From positions 1,736,001 to 1,800,000 of the forward strand of contig NIVC01000001.1 in NCBI GenBank assembly GCA_002269645.1: 64,000 bases of DNA, written 5' to 3'. Source of the DNA: Macrostomum lignano (taxonomy: Eukaryota). The notes under the pieces were generated by a model. It was not told the DNA's origin, did no database searches, and was given only the letters and a program-made list of their open reading frames with translations. Shown piece by piece: positions 23,640-40,874 of the stretch; position 1 is the stretch's first letter; each line of letters begins with the position of its first letter. The position numbers and the translations under genes were made by a program.

Positions 23640-26600
23640 ATGTGCGCTGCACGCGCCAGCAAGCACAAGGTGTCGCCGGCGGCGGCGGCGGCGTCGGTGG
23701 CAGCGCCTGCGCCATCTTCGCCAATGTCGCGTTCTACAACAGCCACAACAGCGGACCTCTCTTTGTTGTCCAGCGGCTCGTCGCACATGCTGCGCGGCCT
23801 GTCAGCATCGGCATCCACTCGCTGCCTGCTCCACCTGAGACTGACCGACGCCGCGCTGCGCTCCCTGGTACAGTTGGCCGGCGATGCCAGCGTCAATTTT
23901 GTTGAATCGTCAACAAATGGCGTTGTAGGATTTCTCAGCCTGTCGGACGGTAGTCGGCTCAATTTGATGTCGAATGACCCGTCTGAGGATCATCGGCCAA
24001 CAGATCTGGTGCGATTCTCCCATAAATCCCAATCGGCTACTCGGCTGGGCCGATTGCGGCGGAGACTGACGGTGGACGCTGCGGCTCAGCAGTTGTCTAT
24101 AGCGGCGGCCTCCTCAGTCACCTCATCGGTGAGTGCTGGATAGCATCATCGGGCATGCCGAATCCTACTTCCAGAACCTTGCAATGCTCAGCTAGAATCC
24201 CAGATCCTCCTGATGCTCAGCCTACAACCAAATCCCAGATCCTCATGATGCTCAGCCTACAACCAAATCCCAGATCCTCATGATGCTCAGCCAGAATCCC
24301 AGATCCTCATGATGCTCAGCCAGAATCCCAGATCCTAATGATGCTCAGCCAGAATCCCAGATCCTCATGATGCTCAGCCAGAATCCCAGATCCTCCTGAT
24401 GCTCAGCCAGAATCCCAGATCCTCATGATGCTCTGCCAGAATCCCAGATCCTCATGATGCTCAGCCAGAATCCCAGATCCTCATGATGCTCAGCCAGAAT
24501 CCCAGATCCTAATGATGCTCAGCCAGAATCCCAGATCCTCATGCTGCTCAGCCAGAATCCCAGATCCTCCTGATGCTCAGCCAGAATCCCAGATCCTCAT
24601 GATGCTCAGCCAGAATCCCAGATCCTCATGATGCTCAGCCAGAATCCCAGATCCTCATGATGCTCAGCCAGAATTCCCAGATCCGCCATCAGGATCCCGT
24701 CGATGCTTATCTAGATAGAAATTTCCAAAATTAGATGACCCCGATTCCACAATCTCTCTCAGGCCCACTCGGCGACTGAGCCGACGCTGCGCGATCGCCT
24801 TCTGCACCTGCTGGCTGCCAGGCCGCTGACTCGGCCGGAGCTGCTGGCCCGACTTCGCGCCGACGGCTTCGCCCAGCCCGATCCGGTGGCCGTGGCCAGC
24901 CTGCTAGCCCAGCTGGCTAAACTGCAGGGCGAAGGTCGCGGGTACGGCCTACGCCCATGCATGTACCGGGAGGTCCGGCCGGACAGCTGGCCGGGCTACT
25001 CGGACACCGAACGAGTGCTGGTTAAACGCCGAGCTGCAGAGGCCGCAGCCGCCGCCGCTGCTTCTACAACCGCATCTACGGGCAAAGAGAAATCAGGTTG
25101 GTAGCGCTGTTTCTTAATCCAGGGTTCGAACCAAGGACTTTTGACTTAAGTTTTTAGCCTCAGTACAGCTTCGGTACAGTTTGTGTCTTCTCTTTTATTC
25201 ATTGCAGTTGCCGAGTGCTCAAATTTCGACCGGGCATCTTCATCCGGTGTCCATAGCGGCAGCGGAGGCAGCAGCGGCAGTAGCAACGCAAAACTCAATA
25301 ATATCAACAATAACAATAATAACAACAACAGTAAGAATAGCAACGGCGAGGAATGCTGCCAAATTGATATTGCCAATCTGGCCAACTGCGATCTAGTCGA
25401 CCTAGCCATGGATATTGACGTCAGCGACGAGGACTTGGACGAAGATGACGACATTGAAGATCCGTTTAATGAGGACGAGTGCAGCAGCACCGACGTGCCG
25501 GACGACTCAACAGCCAGCGTCGACACTGGCGAGACCGGTCGATGGCATCAGAGGCGACGCCAAAGACGACGACAATCGGCGAATGCCGCCAGGCTGAAGC
25601 CAATTCGCAGTGTAGCTCAGCGGACTGCTTATAAGGTCAGTCAACGACTGAGCTGCCCGATCCCACCGTCAGGATCAAGACATCCCGTATCCCCATCATC
25701 GGGGTCACAGCATCCTGGATCCCCATCATCGGGATCACAGCATCCCGGATCCCCATCATCGGGATCACAGCATCCCGGATCCCCATCATCGGAATCACAG
25801 CATCCCGGATCCCCATCATCGATCACAGCATCCCGGATCCCCATCATCGGAATCACAGCATCCCGGATCCCCATCATCGGAATCACAGCATCCCGGATCC
25901 CCATCATCGGGATCACAGCATCCCGGATCCCCATCATCGGAATCACAGCATCCCGGATCCCCATCATCGGAATCACAGCATCCCGGATCCCCATCATCGA
26001 TCACAGCATCCCGGATCCCCATCATCGGAATCACAGCATCCCGGATCCCCATCATCGGAATCACAGCATCCCGGATCCCCATCATCGATCACAGCATCCC
26101 GGATCCCCATCATCGGGATCACAGCATCCCGGATCCCCATCATAGATCACAGCATCCCGGATCCCCATCATCGATCACAGCATCTTGGATCCCCATCATC
26201 GATCACAGCATCCCAGATCTTCATTATCAGAATCACAGCGTCCCAGATCCCCATCATCAGAATCACAGCAACCCAGACCTCCATCATCAGAATCACAGCA
26301 TCACAAATTCCCATCATCAGAATCACAGCATCACAAATTCCCATCATCAGAATCACAGCATCCCAGACCCCCATCATCAGAATCACAGCAACCCAGACCC
26401 CCATCATCGGGATCACAGCATCCCGGATCCTCATCATCGATCACAGCATCCCGGATCCCCATCATCGGGATCACAGCATCCCAGACCCCCATCATGAGAA
26501 TCGCAGCATACCAGATCATGAAAAATCTTATCCCTTGGCCCCCAGTCGCTGTACGACCGTCACTATCCCGAATATCGCCGCCTGTGGGAGCGAGTTCGTT

Positions 26601-26839
26601 CAGTCTCGGACGAGGCCGCAGTCCTGGAGACTCGGCTGGCGGGCAGCCGGCCCGGCAGCCTAGCGCACTCTGAGGCCGGCGCAGCGATTGTCCGCCTGTA
26701 CCAGCGCTATCGATACGATGCCGGATTCCGCGGCGACACCAGACGATGCGGCCGATTGCAACGACGATTGAAACGATTGCGTCAGATGATTGAAAATTTC
26801 GATGCCGCATCGGGCGAGGAGTCTGCACGAGCCGAATGA
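23640..26839 (+). CDS. ELL: RNA polymerase II elongation factor ELL family; exons about 23640-24128, 24763-25096, 25208-25635, 26546-26839
   Basis: LLHLRLTDAALRSL (ELL N domain); PTLRDRLLHLLAARPLTRPELLARLRADG and MYREVRPDSWPGYSDTER (central domain); PIRSVAQRTAYK|SLYDRHYPEYRRL...LKRLRQMIENFD (occludin/ELL domain). GT-AG junctions are phase-consistent (0, 1, 0). Start codon uncertain. Confidence 0.88.
24190..24680. repeat. 29-bp minisatellite filling ELL intron 1
   Basis: Unit GATGCTCAGCCAGAATCCCAGATCCTCAT, about 16 copies. Confidence 0.93.
25680..26515. repeat. 28-30-bp minisatellite filling ELL intron 3
   Basis: Unit CATCCCGGATCCCCATCATCGGAATCACAG, degenerating towards the 3' end. Confidence 0.93.
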
Positions 26840-26967
26840 CTGTCAGAGTTTGTATATCATATTGTTTAAGGCAGCCCATAGTAGTTTGACTGTCCCAGTT
26901 TGATTGCTGAGCATTTGATTGGTTAGGGGTTAAAGGGTTAGGGCTTTGTTTACTTTATGGGTTACAG

Positions 26968-27204
26968 TTGGGGTTAAGGCTACGGTTTGGTTAGGGTTAC
27001 GGCTACGGTTTGGTTAGGGTTACGGCTACGGTTTGGTTAGGGTTACGGCTACGGTTTGGTTAGGGTTACGGCTACGGTTTGGTTAGGGTTAGGGCTACGG
27101 TTTGGTTAGGGTTACGGCTACGGTTTGGTTAGGGTTAGGGCTACGGTTTGGTTAGGGTTACGGCTACGGTTTGGTTAGGGTTACGGCTACGGTTTGGTTA
27201 GGGT
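26968..27204. repeat. 23-bp TTAGGG-containing tandem repeat (interstitial telomere-like)
   Basis: Unit GGTTAGGGTTACGGCTACGGTTT, about 10 copies. Confidence 0.85.
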
Positions 27205-28299
27205 CGGCAGTCCAATTTGGACCCATTGTTTACATTGTTTATACACAATCGACAGTTGTCGTTTGTGCTGCTGATTTTGTCGTTCAACTCAGGTTCTCCG
27301 CATTCTTTAAAGATGAAAACAGAATTTCTCAAATAGGTTTCCTGTGTTGCTTTGTTAACTCTCTTCATCTGTCTGGTTAGGAAACTGGTTAAACAGTTAC
27401 CGGTCTGCTTTTTATATATTTATCTTGTGTTTAAAGTAAATCTCGAAAAGAACAACCGATGCTAATCAAGTCACTGGATGGACATGGAGTTTTAAAAATA
27501 GCATTTGGAATGAATTAGACATTTGATATACAGCATAGCTCTATGTCACATTTTTATTTTAATTGCGGCGTAGCTTCCTACATGTAGTCAAGCAATCAGA
27601 GAATATCGAGCGCTCGTTATTCTCTGAAAGCAATTCAAACAAACTGACGCGCACCTTCTACTTTCTACATTTCATTTCCAGATGCTATTTTTAGAAGTCC
27701 ATGGCTAGCCCGTAAAATTTATTGGAAGCTGAATTAGGGTTTCGACCATAGACTGTCGTTTGGAAATAGGTTAATCTTAGCCACAAAGTGTGTCTATATA
27801 ATGAGGCAAAGTTATATTGAAACGATTTTTGTCTATGGTCAAAACTCTGCTCTACTGGCAAAAATGCTAAATTTCAGAAGATATGCATTGATGTTAAACG
27901 GACAAAAAATAGATGCTAACTAACTGAACAATAAGCAACATACTCTGTTGCATTTTTAGCTGGTTGGCCTAGCATTGGCGTTGATTTTTGCTGTCTAAGA
28001 GTCGGATAGGCCCGACCCCTGCTCGTATTGTGGTTACACTATGACGTTACACTATGAGTTATTATAGACAACTTTGTTATAAGTAGAAGTTTGAATATTC
28101 AGGTTAAAAACTTTGCCAACAGTAAAACTCATAATCTCTGTTTGTGTGCAAAGCTATTGTTTTTTTTACAATTTTTAGTGTCTATTTTCTCATTCATCTG
28201 TTAAGTAATCAAACTTGCATTACTAGCATTATAAACACTTCATCAGCATATTGAAGCCTTCAAAATTTCATATTTTTGTTTTCGTTTATCATTGAGTTT

Positions 28300-28470
28300 G
28301 AGTTAGGTTCGGCTTATAGCTTAGGTTAGGGTTGTTTAGGTTGGATTATGTTTTAGGTTGGGGTTAGGTTTAGTTTAGGGTTAGGTTTTAGGTTAGGGTT
28401 AGGTTTTAGGGTTAGGGTTAGGTGTTAGGGTTAGGTTTAAGGTTACGTTTTAGATTAGGGTTGGGTTCGG
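28300..28470. repeat. Degenerate TTAGGG/TTTAGG tract
   Basis: Run of TTAGGG, TTAGG and TTTAGG variants. Confidence 0.75.
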
Positions 28471-29895
28471 CAGTAAGTATGTGGCAGTCACAAATGTCCT
28501 AGATAGGTAAAAATGGCAATTTACTTATTATCCTATATATTGTATCTACTAGTAAAAACTCCGGCAGTTTAGGTTAGGGTTTGCTGTTTCACGGACCTGG
28601 TCAAGTATAAATTAGTAATTTATATTTGCAAGAGTATATTTGTCGCATTTAAAATATTATACTGATTTCATGGCCTGCCAATTATTTTGCGCTTATTCAT
28701 ATTACGTCATTAAGATATTATTATTATTCACTTATTAATTAATGCAATCAAACCTGTTAATTAGCCAGAAGCGCTTTAAATTTGTGTGTGTGTACATACC
28801 TAGTTGGCAACTACATAAACGTATTATTCTTGTTTTTGCACCTTACTATATTCTGCTTGCTTGTTTAAATGCAAAATCTATTTTTTATCTTCATTGTTCC
28901 AACTTAAATTTGCCTTCTTGCTCATCAAACTTCACGAGTTGATCATAAATTGACGGTTTTTTGTTTATATTTTTTTTCTATTTTCTACTCGCTAATTAAT
29001 TTGTTGAAATATTTTTCTATTGTGTATTTTTCTCAGTTTTTTTTAACGGCAGCAGTCTTACCTTTGTTAATACTGTTCTGTAGCTGCTATCTGAACTGAC
29101 TTTAGCCCATTGCTTTTTTACATGCACATATTTTGACCGATTGGTGGTTTAAATGAGTTTTGCATACTAGGCAGACTATTTTTTTTCTGCTAACTTTTTC
29201 TTTTTGCGCTTTTCTCACTGTAGAAAGATGTCAAATGCAAGATGAACTGAGCAGGTCAACAGGTTTTCTTTGGTCTTTGGTTTCTTGAAAATTTATTCAA
29301 TTCTTCAGATTGCTGTGTGCTTCTAACACTGGGGTTTTGACTCGATTTCAATTCTGGCATTGTTATTTGCGCACTTGTATTTTAGCCAGCTTATATCACA
29401 GATACTAGAATAACTAGATAAGCCACTCAGCACATTTGCGTTCAAGCTACTTTCAGTTCACAAGTTAAACAGAAGCATTTTAATGTATTTTTAAAGTCAA
29501 GGCTCATTTTTTGGCTCTTACCCCCCTCCCCCCCCCCAGCTTAAACCCAAGGACGACTTGCTTAAACCCTCAAACCGCGCCTTACCCCCCCCCGCCTTGC
29601 CCTATTTTTATTGCCTTTCTCGGAATTCCTGCCTAAAGCTGCCATGTAAATTTCAGTGGACTGGCTAATGTACATTATTGCTGAACCAATTAGCAAGTTG
29701 TTTACGCCTGCAAGCTTGTAGACTTCTAAACTTATCGAAGTCTTTTCACTTTTCATCGAAGTGTATTCTTCCTGGCTACTGAACTGAAAGTAGAAAGCTA
29801 TTTTGCTAAGCATATATGCCCGAGTGGCCTATCTGTGGCTGATATAAAGTACTGAGATGGCTTAATATACTGCACTGAAACAGCTGCGCGTCTCT

Positions 29896-34606
<4,711 letters not shown>

Positions 34607-34704
34607 AGATACAGCTAATGACTTGTCTAATTTTAATATGCTAATTAGCCAGCGTGGATTTTTTGAACAAATATATCGCAGCTTGTCCTGCAATCTGGGT
34701 TTCT

Positions 34705-35285
34705 AGGTAGACCCAGAGATGTAGGGAGACAATTAGAGATAGACCCAGAGATGTAGGGAGACAATTAGAGATAGACCCAGAGATGTAGGGAGACAATTAG
34801 AGATAGACCCAGAGATGTAGGGAGACAATTAGAGATAGACCCAGAGATGTAGGGAGACAATTAGAGATAGACCCAGAGATGTAGGGAGACAATTAGAGAT
34901 AGACCCAGAGATGTAGGGAGACAATTAGAGATAGACCCAGAAATGTAGGGAGACAATTAGAGATAGACCCAGAGATGTAGGGAGACAATTAGAGATAGAC
35001 CCAGAGATTTAGGGAGACAATTAGAGATAGACCCAGAGATGTAGGGAGGCAATTAGAGATAGACCCAGAGATGTAGGGAGACAATTAGAGATAGACCCAG
35101 AGATTTAGGGAGACAATTAGAGATAGACCCAGAGATTTAGGGAGACAATTAGAGATACATGTAGACCCAGATATGTAGGGAGACAGTTAGAGATCGACCA
35201 AGAGATGTAGGGAGACAATTAGAGATAGACCCAGAGATGTAGGGAGACAGTTAGAGATCGACCGAGAGATGTAGGGAGACAATTG
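34705..35285. repeat. 32-bp minisatellite downstream of the KAT5 stop
   Basis: Unit AGACCCAGAGATGTAGGGAGACAATTAGAGAT, about 18 copies. Confidence 0.93.
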
Positions 35286-35929
35286 ATTTTTTATTTAATC
35301 TTACCTTCTCACTTAGGCTTATCCCGTAGGATTTTCGCTAGATCTTGTATCCTAATATTTGTTATTTATTGTCTTTTGTGTTGAAAAAACTTTGACTGTG
35401 AGGCGACTCCTTTGTGTTTTTTAGTCTCTAGAAAGGCATAGCTAACCTATTAATTCTATGCAGATTATAACCCGTTAGGTTATTAGTTCAGCTACCCGGG
35501 CTCGTAAATATAAAGACTAAGTACTATAATTCCTTGAGGTAAAAATTTAATTTATATACTTCTTCTGTTTTTGGTCTATAAAATTTAGCATCAGTTAGCC
35601 AGCTGACTGGTACTACTACTTAAAGTAGTAAGTAGCTGTCTTAACGATTTTTATACTGTTGTAAATATAAGTAGGCTGGTTGTCACCGAGCACTGGCAGT
35701 TCCTGTATCATCATGGCTATATTTACTGGTATATTTATTAATTATAAGCACACTGAACAGTTTCTCTTGTATGTGTTTTGTTAATTTTGACAATAAAATG
35801 TAAATGATGTTGCTGCTACCCTGTATCCAGCTTCTCTGTATTGCGGCGTCTTTGGTGTCCACCTTTGCTCGCTTTTCTACTATTTTTTTAAAACAGTTTT
35901 GTATATATATATATTTCTGATTGTCGATA

Positions 35930-36400
35930 GGGATTTCTGATTGCTAATGAGGGATTTCTGATTATTGCTGATGGGGATTTCTGATTGTTGCTGATGGGGA
36001 TTTCTGATGATTGCTGATGGGGATTTCTGATGATTGCTGATGGGGATTTCTGATTGTTAGTGGGGATTTCTGATTGCTGATGGGGATTTCTGATGATTGC
36101 TGATGGGGATTTCTGATGATTGCTGATGGGGATTTCTGATTGTTAGTGGGGATTTCTGATTGCAAATGGGGATTTCTGATTGCTAGTAGGGATTTCTGAA
36201 GATTGCTAATAAGGATTTCTGATTTCTAATTGGGATTTCTGATTTCTAATGGGGATTTCTGATAGATAATAGGGATTTCTGGTTGCTTTGTGGGGTTTCT
36301 TATTTCTAATGGGGATTTCTAAATTCTAATGGGGATTTTTGATTGTCGATGTGGATTTCTGATAATTGCTGATAGGGATTGTAAAATTGTCAATGGGGAT
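35930..36400. repeat. Degenerate about 20-23-bp minisatellite (GATGGGGATTTCTGATTGCT)
   Basis: Directly visible; intergenic, upstream of PRELID3. Confidence 0.85.
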
Positions 36401-36714
36401 TTTTTAATTTCCGATTAGATTAAGCAGATTAAGCAGATTTTAAAACTTCTGCTTGTTCTGCGTGTGATTGCTGGGTGTGAATATTGTGAATATATAAAAA
36501 AAGACTATTGCTACTAATTTGGCAAAACTATACTTAATGTAAAAGACTGATTCTGGTGCGTTTTTCGTACAAGCCAACTTCATCTCTCTCTTACATGCAT
36601 GAGCTCCACAGTAAGCTTCAGACCTGTTCTAATATCAACACGCAGTTCTTCTATTGATTGTTCGTCTCTATATTTAATTTATTTAAGCAAAATAGTTGTT
36701 ACAGAGGCTTCACT

Positions 36715-37431
36715 ATGCGCATCTGGAAAACTGAGCACACATTTGAGCACAGCTGGGAGACTGTAGTGCAGGCAGCTGTACGCAAATATCCCAATCCGCA
36801 CAATGCCAGCATTGTCAGTCAGGATGTGGTCACCAGAGAGCTGACCTCGGACGGTCGGCTGCGGACTCACCGGCTGTTTGGCACGAATTTCTCCGGCGTA
36901 GTGCAGCGCATGCAGTCGCTGGGCTTCGGCCGGCTGGTCAGGATGTTCGCAGATGACGACGCCGAGGTCTGGTACGGCAGCGAGCACACCGTGGTGGACC
37001 CGGCTCGGCGGAACTACCGCCTTCAGGCCAGAAATCTGACACTCAGCGCCAATTTCACCATGGACGAGCAGCTGGAGTATTTGCCTCATCCGGACTGTCC
37101 GGAGAGTCGGACACTGCTCAAACAGTCGGTGACAATCCGCTGTCCTTGGTGGCCATTCGGCGGCCTAGTGGAGACCATGCTGGAGGAGCTGGTGTACTCC
37201 AAGATGGCCAGCAAAGGCCCCATGGCTATTGAATGGGTGATTGCGAATCGCGACTTCAAGCTGCCGCCGCCCCTGCAGCCGCCAGCGAAGCCTTCGGAGC
37301 CGTCGCTGCCAACTCCGGCCATCGATTTCAACCGGCTCTGTCAGGCTATGGAGGCCGGCATGCAGCAGGTTGGCGCCGAGGTCAAACACCTGACTAAGCT
37401 GGTTGTTGATGAGCACTTTTTAATTATGTAA
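36715..37431 (+). CDS. PRELID3B: PRELI/MSF1-domain protein, slowmo/PRELID3-like (mitochondrial lipid transfer); intronless
   Basis: MRIWKTEHTFEHSWETVVQAAVRKYPNPHN...NLTLSANFTMDEQLEYLPHPDCPESRTLLKQSVTI...KGPMAIEWVI matches the slowmo/PRELID3 pattern; ATG at 36715. Confidence 0.9.
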   Translation: MRIWKTEHTFEHSWETVVQAAVRKYPNPHNASIVSQDVVTRELTSDGRLRTHRLFGTNFSGVVQRMQSLGFGRLVRMFADDDAEVWYGSEHTVVDPARRNYRLQARNLTLSANFTMDEQLEYLPHPDCPESRTLLKQSVTIRCPWWPFGGLVETMLEELVYSKMASKGPMAIEWVIANRDFKLPPPLQPPAKPSEPSLPTPAIDFNRLCQAMEAGMQQVGAEVKHLTKLVVDEHFLIM

Positions 37432-37763
37432 TTCAGGTTTCTTTGGTTTCCTTATGGGTAGATGAGGATTCGGTTTAGACGCGTGCGCGTGTGTCTGTGC
37501 ACTTTAGAACCGCTAAATAAAAAAATAAAAAAATGTAATCTAAATAAATCACGTGGTACATATGCTATTAAGCTACTTTATGTCAGTAGTATCTCATTCT
37601 CTATTTCGTTCTCTCTTATCTATACTCGTATCTGTTCAGACACTTCAATTACTATCTTAACCGCAAGCATCTTAGGCATTCTTTAGACACACTCATCAAT
37701 TCTATGACTAACTTAACAACACTACTATAAGTAATATAAAAAACAACTGCTTTTTTTACTCTG

Positions 37764-39443
37764 CCCGTGTGGCCATCCGATCAGGTTTTTCGCCCGGTTT
37801 TGCTCTGGCTTGCTATGTTTTTTGCCCCATTTCCAGGCGAAGAACATAAACCAGGCGAATTTATCCGGTTTTTCTCTGCCTTTCTAAACCAGGCGAAATT
37901 CCGGAGGAAAAACCGTACGAGTGCTCTGGTTTTTTACCCGGTCCTTCGCCAGGTTTGGAACCAGTTTAGTAACGCAGGCAAATCCGGAGTAAAAGCGGAT
38001 GAAATAACAATTCCGCCTGGAATTTTGCCCGGTTCTTTCTCTGGTTCTTCGACCGGACAAGAGCCGGAGAAAAGAGCTGGTGAAAGCCTTTAATTCAGGA
38101 TTGGGTTGAAAATGGTATGGGAGACACAGTGTATAATTGACAATTGACATGAAGATTTTCTTGTAATTGTATGTCCTGTAATGTGCTCCTGTTTTGTTCT
38201 CTTGCAGTATTTTTTCCGCTCGTCTTTATATATACCATATGAGCGTCTTCGTATGTTACATTACGAGCGTAGTTCACGTAAACTGAGAATAAAAATATTG
38301 TCATTTTAATGCTGTCATCGCACACATTTCTGAAGGCTGCATGCTACTGTGGGATTCCAACATACTTTTGGCCAGTCAGAAGTGATTTTAAATTCCCGCA
38401 TTTATGCGCCTAGATGACTAGCGACTATGCGCCTACTGACTGTATTCTACAACATCTTTGGAATAAAAAAACAGAGGAGTATATTGATCTTGTAGGTGAT
38501 TTGGAACAGTTTGATGAATTGCAAGATGGAACGTTACATATTTTGTATTAACACTGACAATTGTCTTACTTCTTCACTCTTCACGGTATCCGTTGACAGA
38601 AGCGCACTGTAGATGTTTTACTAAGTCGGCACTACATATTTCCGAGAGTAGACACAATTTGATAGGGATGCAGGGTTTTTCGTCCGGTTTGATCGTCGTG
38701 TCGCTTTCGTTAGGTTTTAGTCTGATTTTGCTCCGGGTATTCGTCCGGTTGGGTCGTCGTGTCGCTTTCGTTAGGTTTTAGTCTGATTTTGCTCCGGGTA
38801 TTCGTCCGGTTGGGTCGTCGTGTCGCTTTCGTTAGGTTTTAGTCTGATTTTGCTCCAGATATTCGTCCGGTTGGGTCGTCGTGTCGCTTTCGTTAGGTTT
38901 TAGTCTGATTTTGCTCCGGGTATTCGTCCGGTTGGGTCGTCGTGTCGCTTTCGTTAGGTTTTAGTCTGATTTTGCTCCAGATATTCGTCCGGTTGGGTCG
39001 TCGTGTCGCTTTCGTTAGGTTTTAGTCTGATTTTGCTCCGGATATTCGTCCGGTTGGGTCGTCGTGTCGCTTTCGTTAGGTTTTAGTCTGATTTTGCTCC
39101 AGATATTCGTCCGGTTGGGTCGTCGTGTCGCTTTCGTTAGGTTTTAGTCTGATTTTGCCCCGGTTATTTGCCGGGTTCTGCTATTGCACTTTCATCCGGT
39201 CATTTGTCGGGTTTTATTCAGGGTACTCATCAGTTTGAGTAGCCGAAGAGAAACCCGAGAAAATACCTGATGTCCTCTACGAAATTCCTGACGAACAACC
39301 AGACGAAACTGCCGTCTTCGTCCGTTTTCGAGACCACTTTCCCGAGGATTTTCGGGTTTTTAGATAGGAAAAAATGTATTACAAACCGGGCAAAAATCCC
39401 GATCGCCTACCGGGCTAAAAACCTGATCAGATGGCCACACGGG
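37764..39443. mobile_element. Non-autonomous TIR transposon, CMC/EnSpm-like, with an internal 61-bp tandem array
   Basis: About 34-bp TIR CCCGTGTGGCCATCCGATCAGGTTTTTCGCCCGG and its inverse ending 39443, 2-bp TSD TG, and CCGG-rich subterminal motifs. About 8 x 61-bp repeats at 38680-39165. Superfamily inferred from CCC ends plus the 2-bp TSD. Confidence 0.8.
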
Positions 39444-40874
39444 TGGCATGTGTCCACTGTTTTCCTACGTAGTCTAACATTTTTCTTCATTTAATGTGCA
39501 ACAATACGAGTATAAATAGAGTTTACGTGTAGTTGCCATTTATTTATTTATTTTTGCTAACCTTCCAGAGTCGCTTTGTAATAATATTTAACTAATATCT
39601 GTCGCCTGTTGCGTTATAGTTATTACATCCAGCAGAACAGCAGACGCGTGAGTGTGCAGGTTTTCATTTTCAAGCAACTGTGCCTTTGTTATAATTGTCT
39701 GAACTATTAATTTGTTATAATATGTAATGGTGAAATCTTGCCTGGGTAGCTTAAATCGTTTATTTTTATAATTAATAACTGTTCACTATTTGTTTTCTAG
39801 CTATTTTCATGGGAAAGTGCCACGCCACAGCTTCTTGAGTGGTTTTCGCTCTTTTTTGCCTGCTGACAACGGCTTTACTTTCTGTTTAGAAATTTAGTCG
39901 TTTGTGAGTCCTCATTTTGATTACTAAGAAAGCAAGGAAACTAATTGAGTTGCATAGTTAAATTGTGCTCCGTACGCGAATAAGTTCGCATGCCTTAACT
40001 ATACTACTACTAAACTACTACTACTACTTTGCCGCGTAGTAGAGCTAATGTAACAATTGTTTTGCTTTTAACTGTGTTTTCTTCGAGATGAATAGATATC
40101 AAATTTGAAGGACTGCCTACCTGCGTCTTAACTGCGCTGTCCACCTCGATGAACTTTGAGTAAAATAAAAACTGTAATATGCCTTTACAGGCCTCTCTTT
40201 CAAAACGAAGAGTTATTATATTCTTAGAAAATGTACTTCACAGTTTCTTGTTCTATTTAAGCTGAGGTGCTGGTCAATCTAGGCTATTTTAAGACCCTGA
40301 ATCAAGCTGTGGAACTAGGTAAATGGAACGCAAGCTAAGTTCACAGCTCCTAATGTAATTAAGCTTCGACTGTCTATGGGTGAAAGTCATCATAGGTGCT
40401 AAAAAAACCCTGATAATTCATTCGTGTGTTCCGATTCTGCCACTCAGTTAGTAGTAGCTTATATACGGAACATTACGCTTGATTCACTTATTTACCATTA
40501 AAGTAAACTGTGAATTATCTTGTGTTTTAGCATCCGTGGGCAAAAGGTCGTTTTCAGTTTTAGGCGGCCGATTTCAATATAATCTTATTTTTTTTGTTAT
40601 ATCGCTTTGACCTACTTTTTCAATTTCTGCTAACTGCATTTGCGCTAACATCGGATGTTTTAATACTGGTAGAGAACAATATTAGACAATTAGACAGACA
40701 GGGAGGGTCAATTTTGGTCGCTGTAGGCCCTGTTGGAATGCAAACAGTTTATTTGTCTATAGAAAACTGCTAAGATTGATTTTGAGGCATAGAAATCACA
40801 ATTTTGGGCATTTGAGATTATTTTAACCGTAGTCGTTAATCCTATTTAAAATATGAGAAATTAGAAATAGTAAT

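Noticed and set aside
25680-26145. Ser/Pro-rich continuation of ELL (320-aa ORF)
   Set aside because: The AAG|GTCAGT donor at 25636 splices in phase to the occludin/ELL-domain exon at 26546, so the repeat is intronic.
27590-27630. Small palindrome AGAGAATA-TCGAGCGCTCG-TTATTCTCT
   Set aside because: Single short hairpin with no supporting context.
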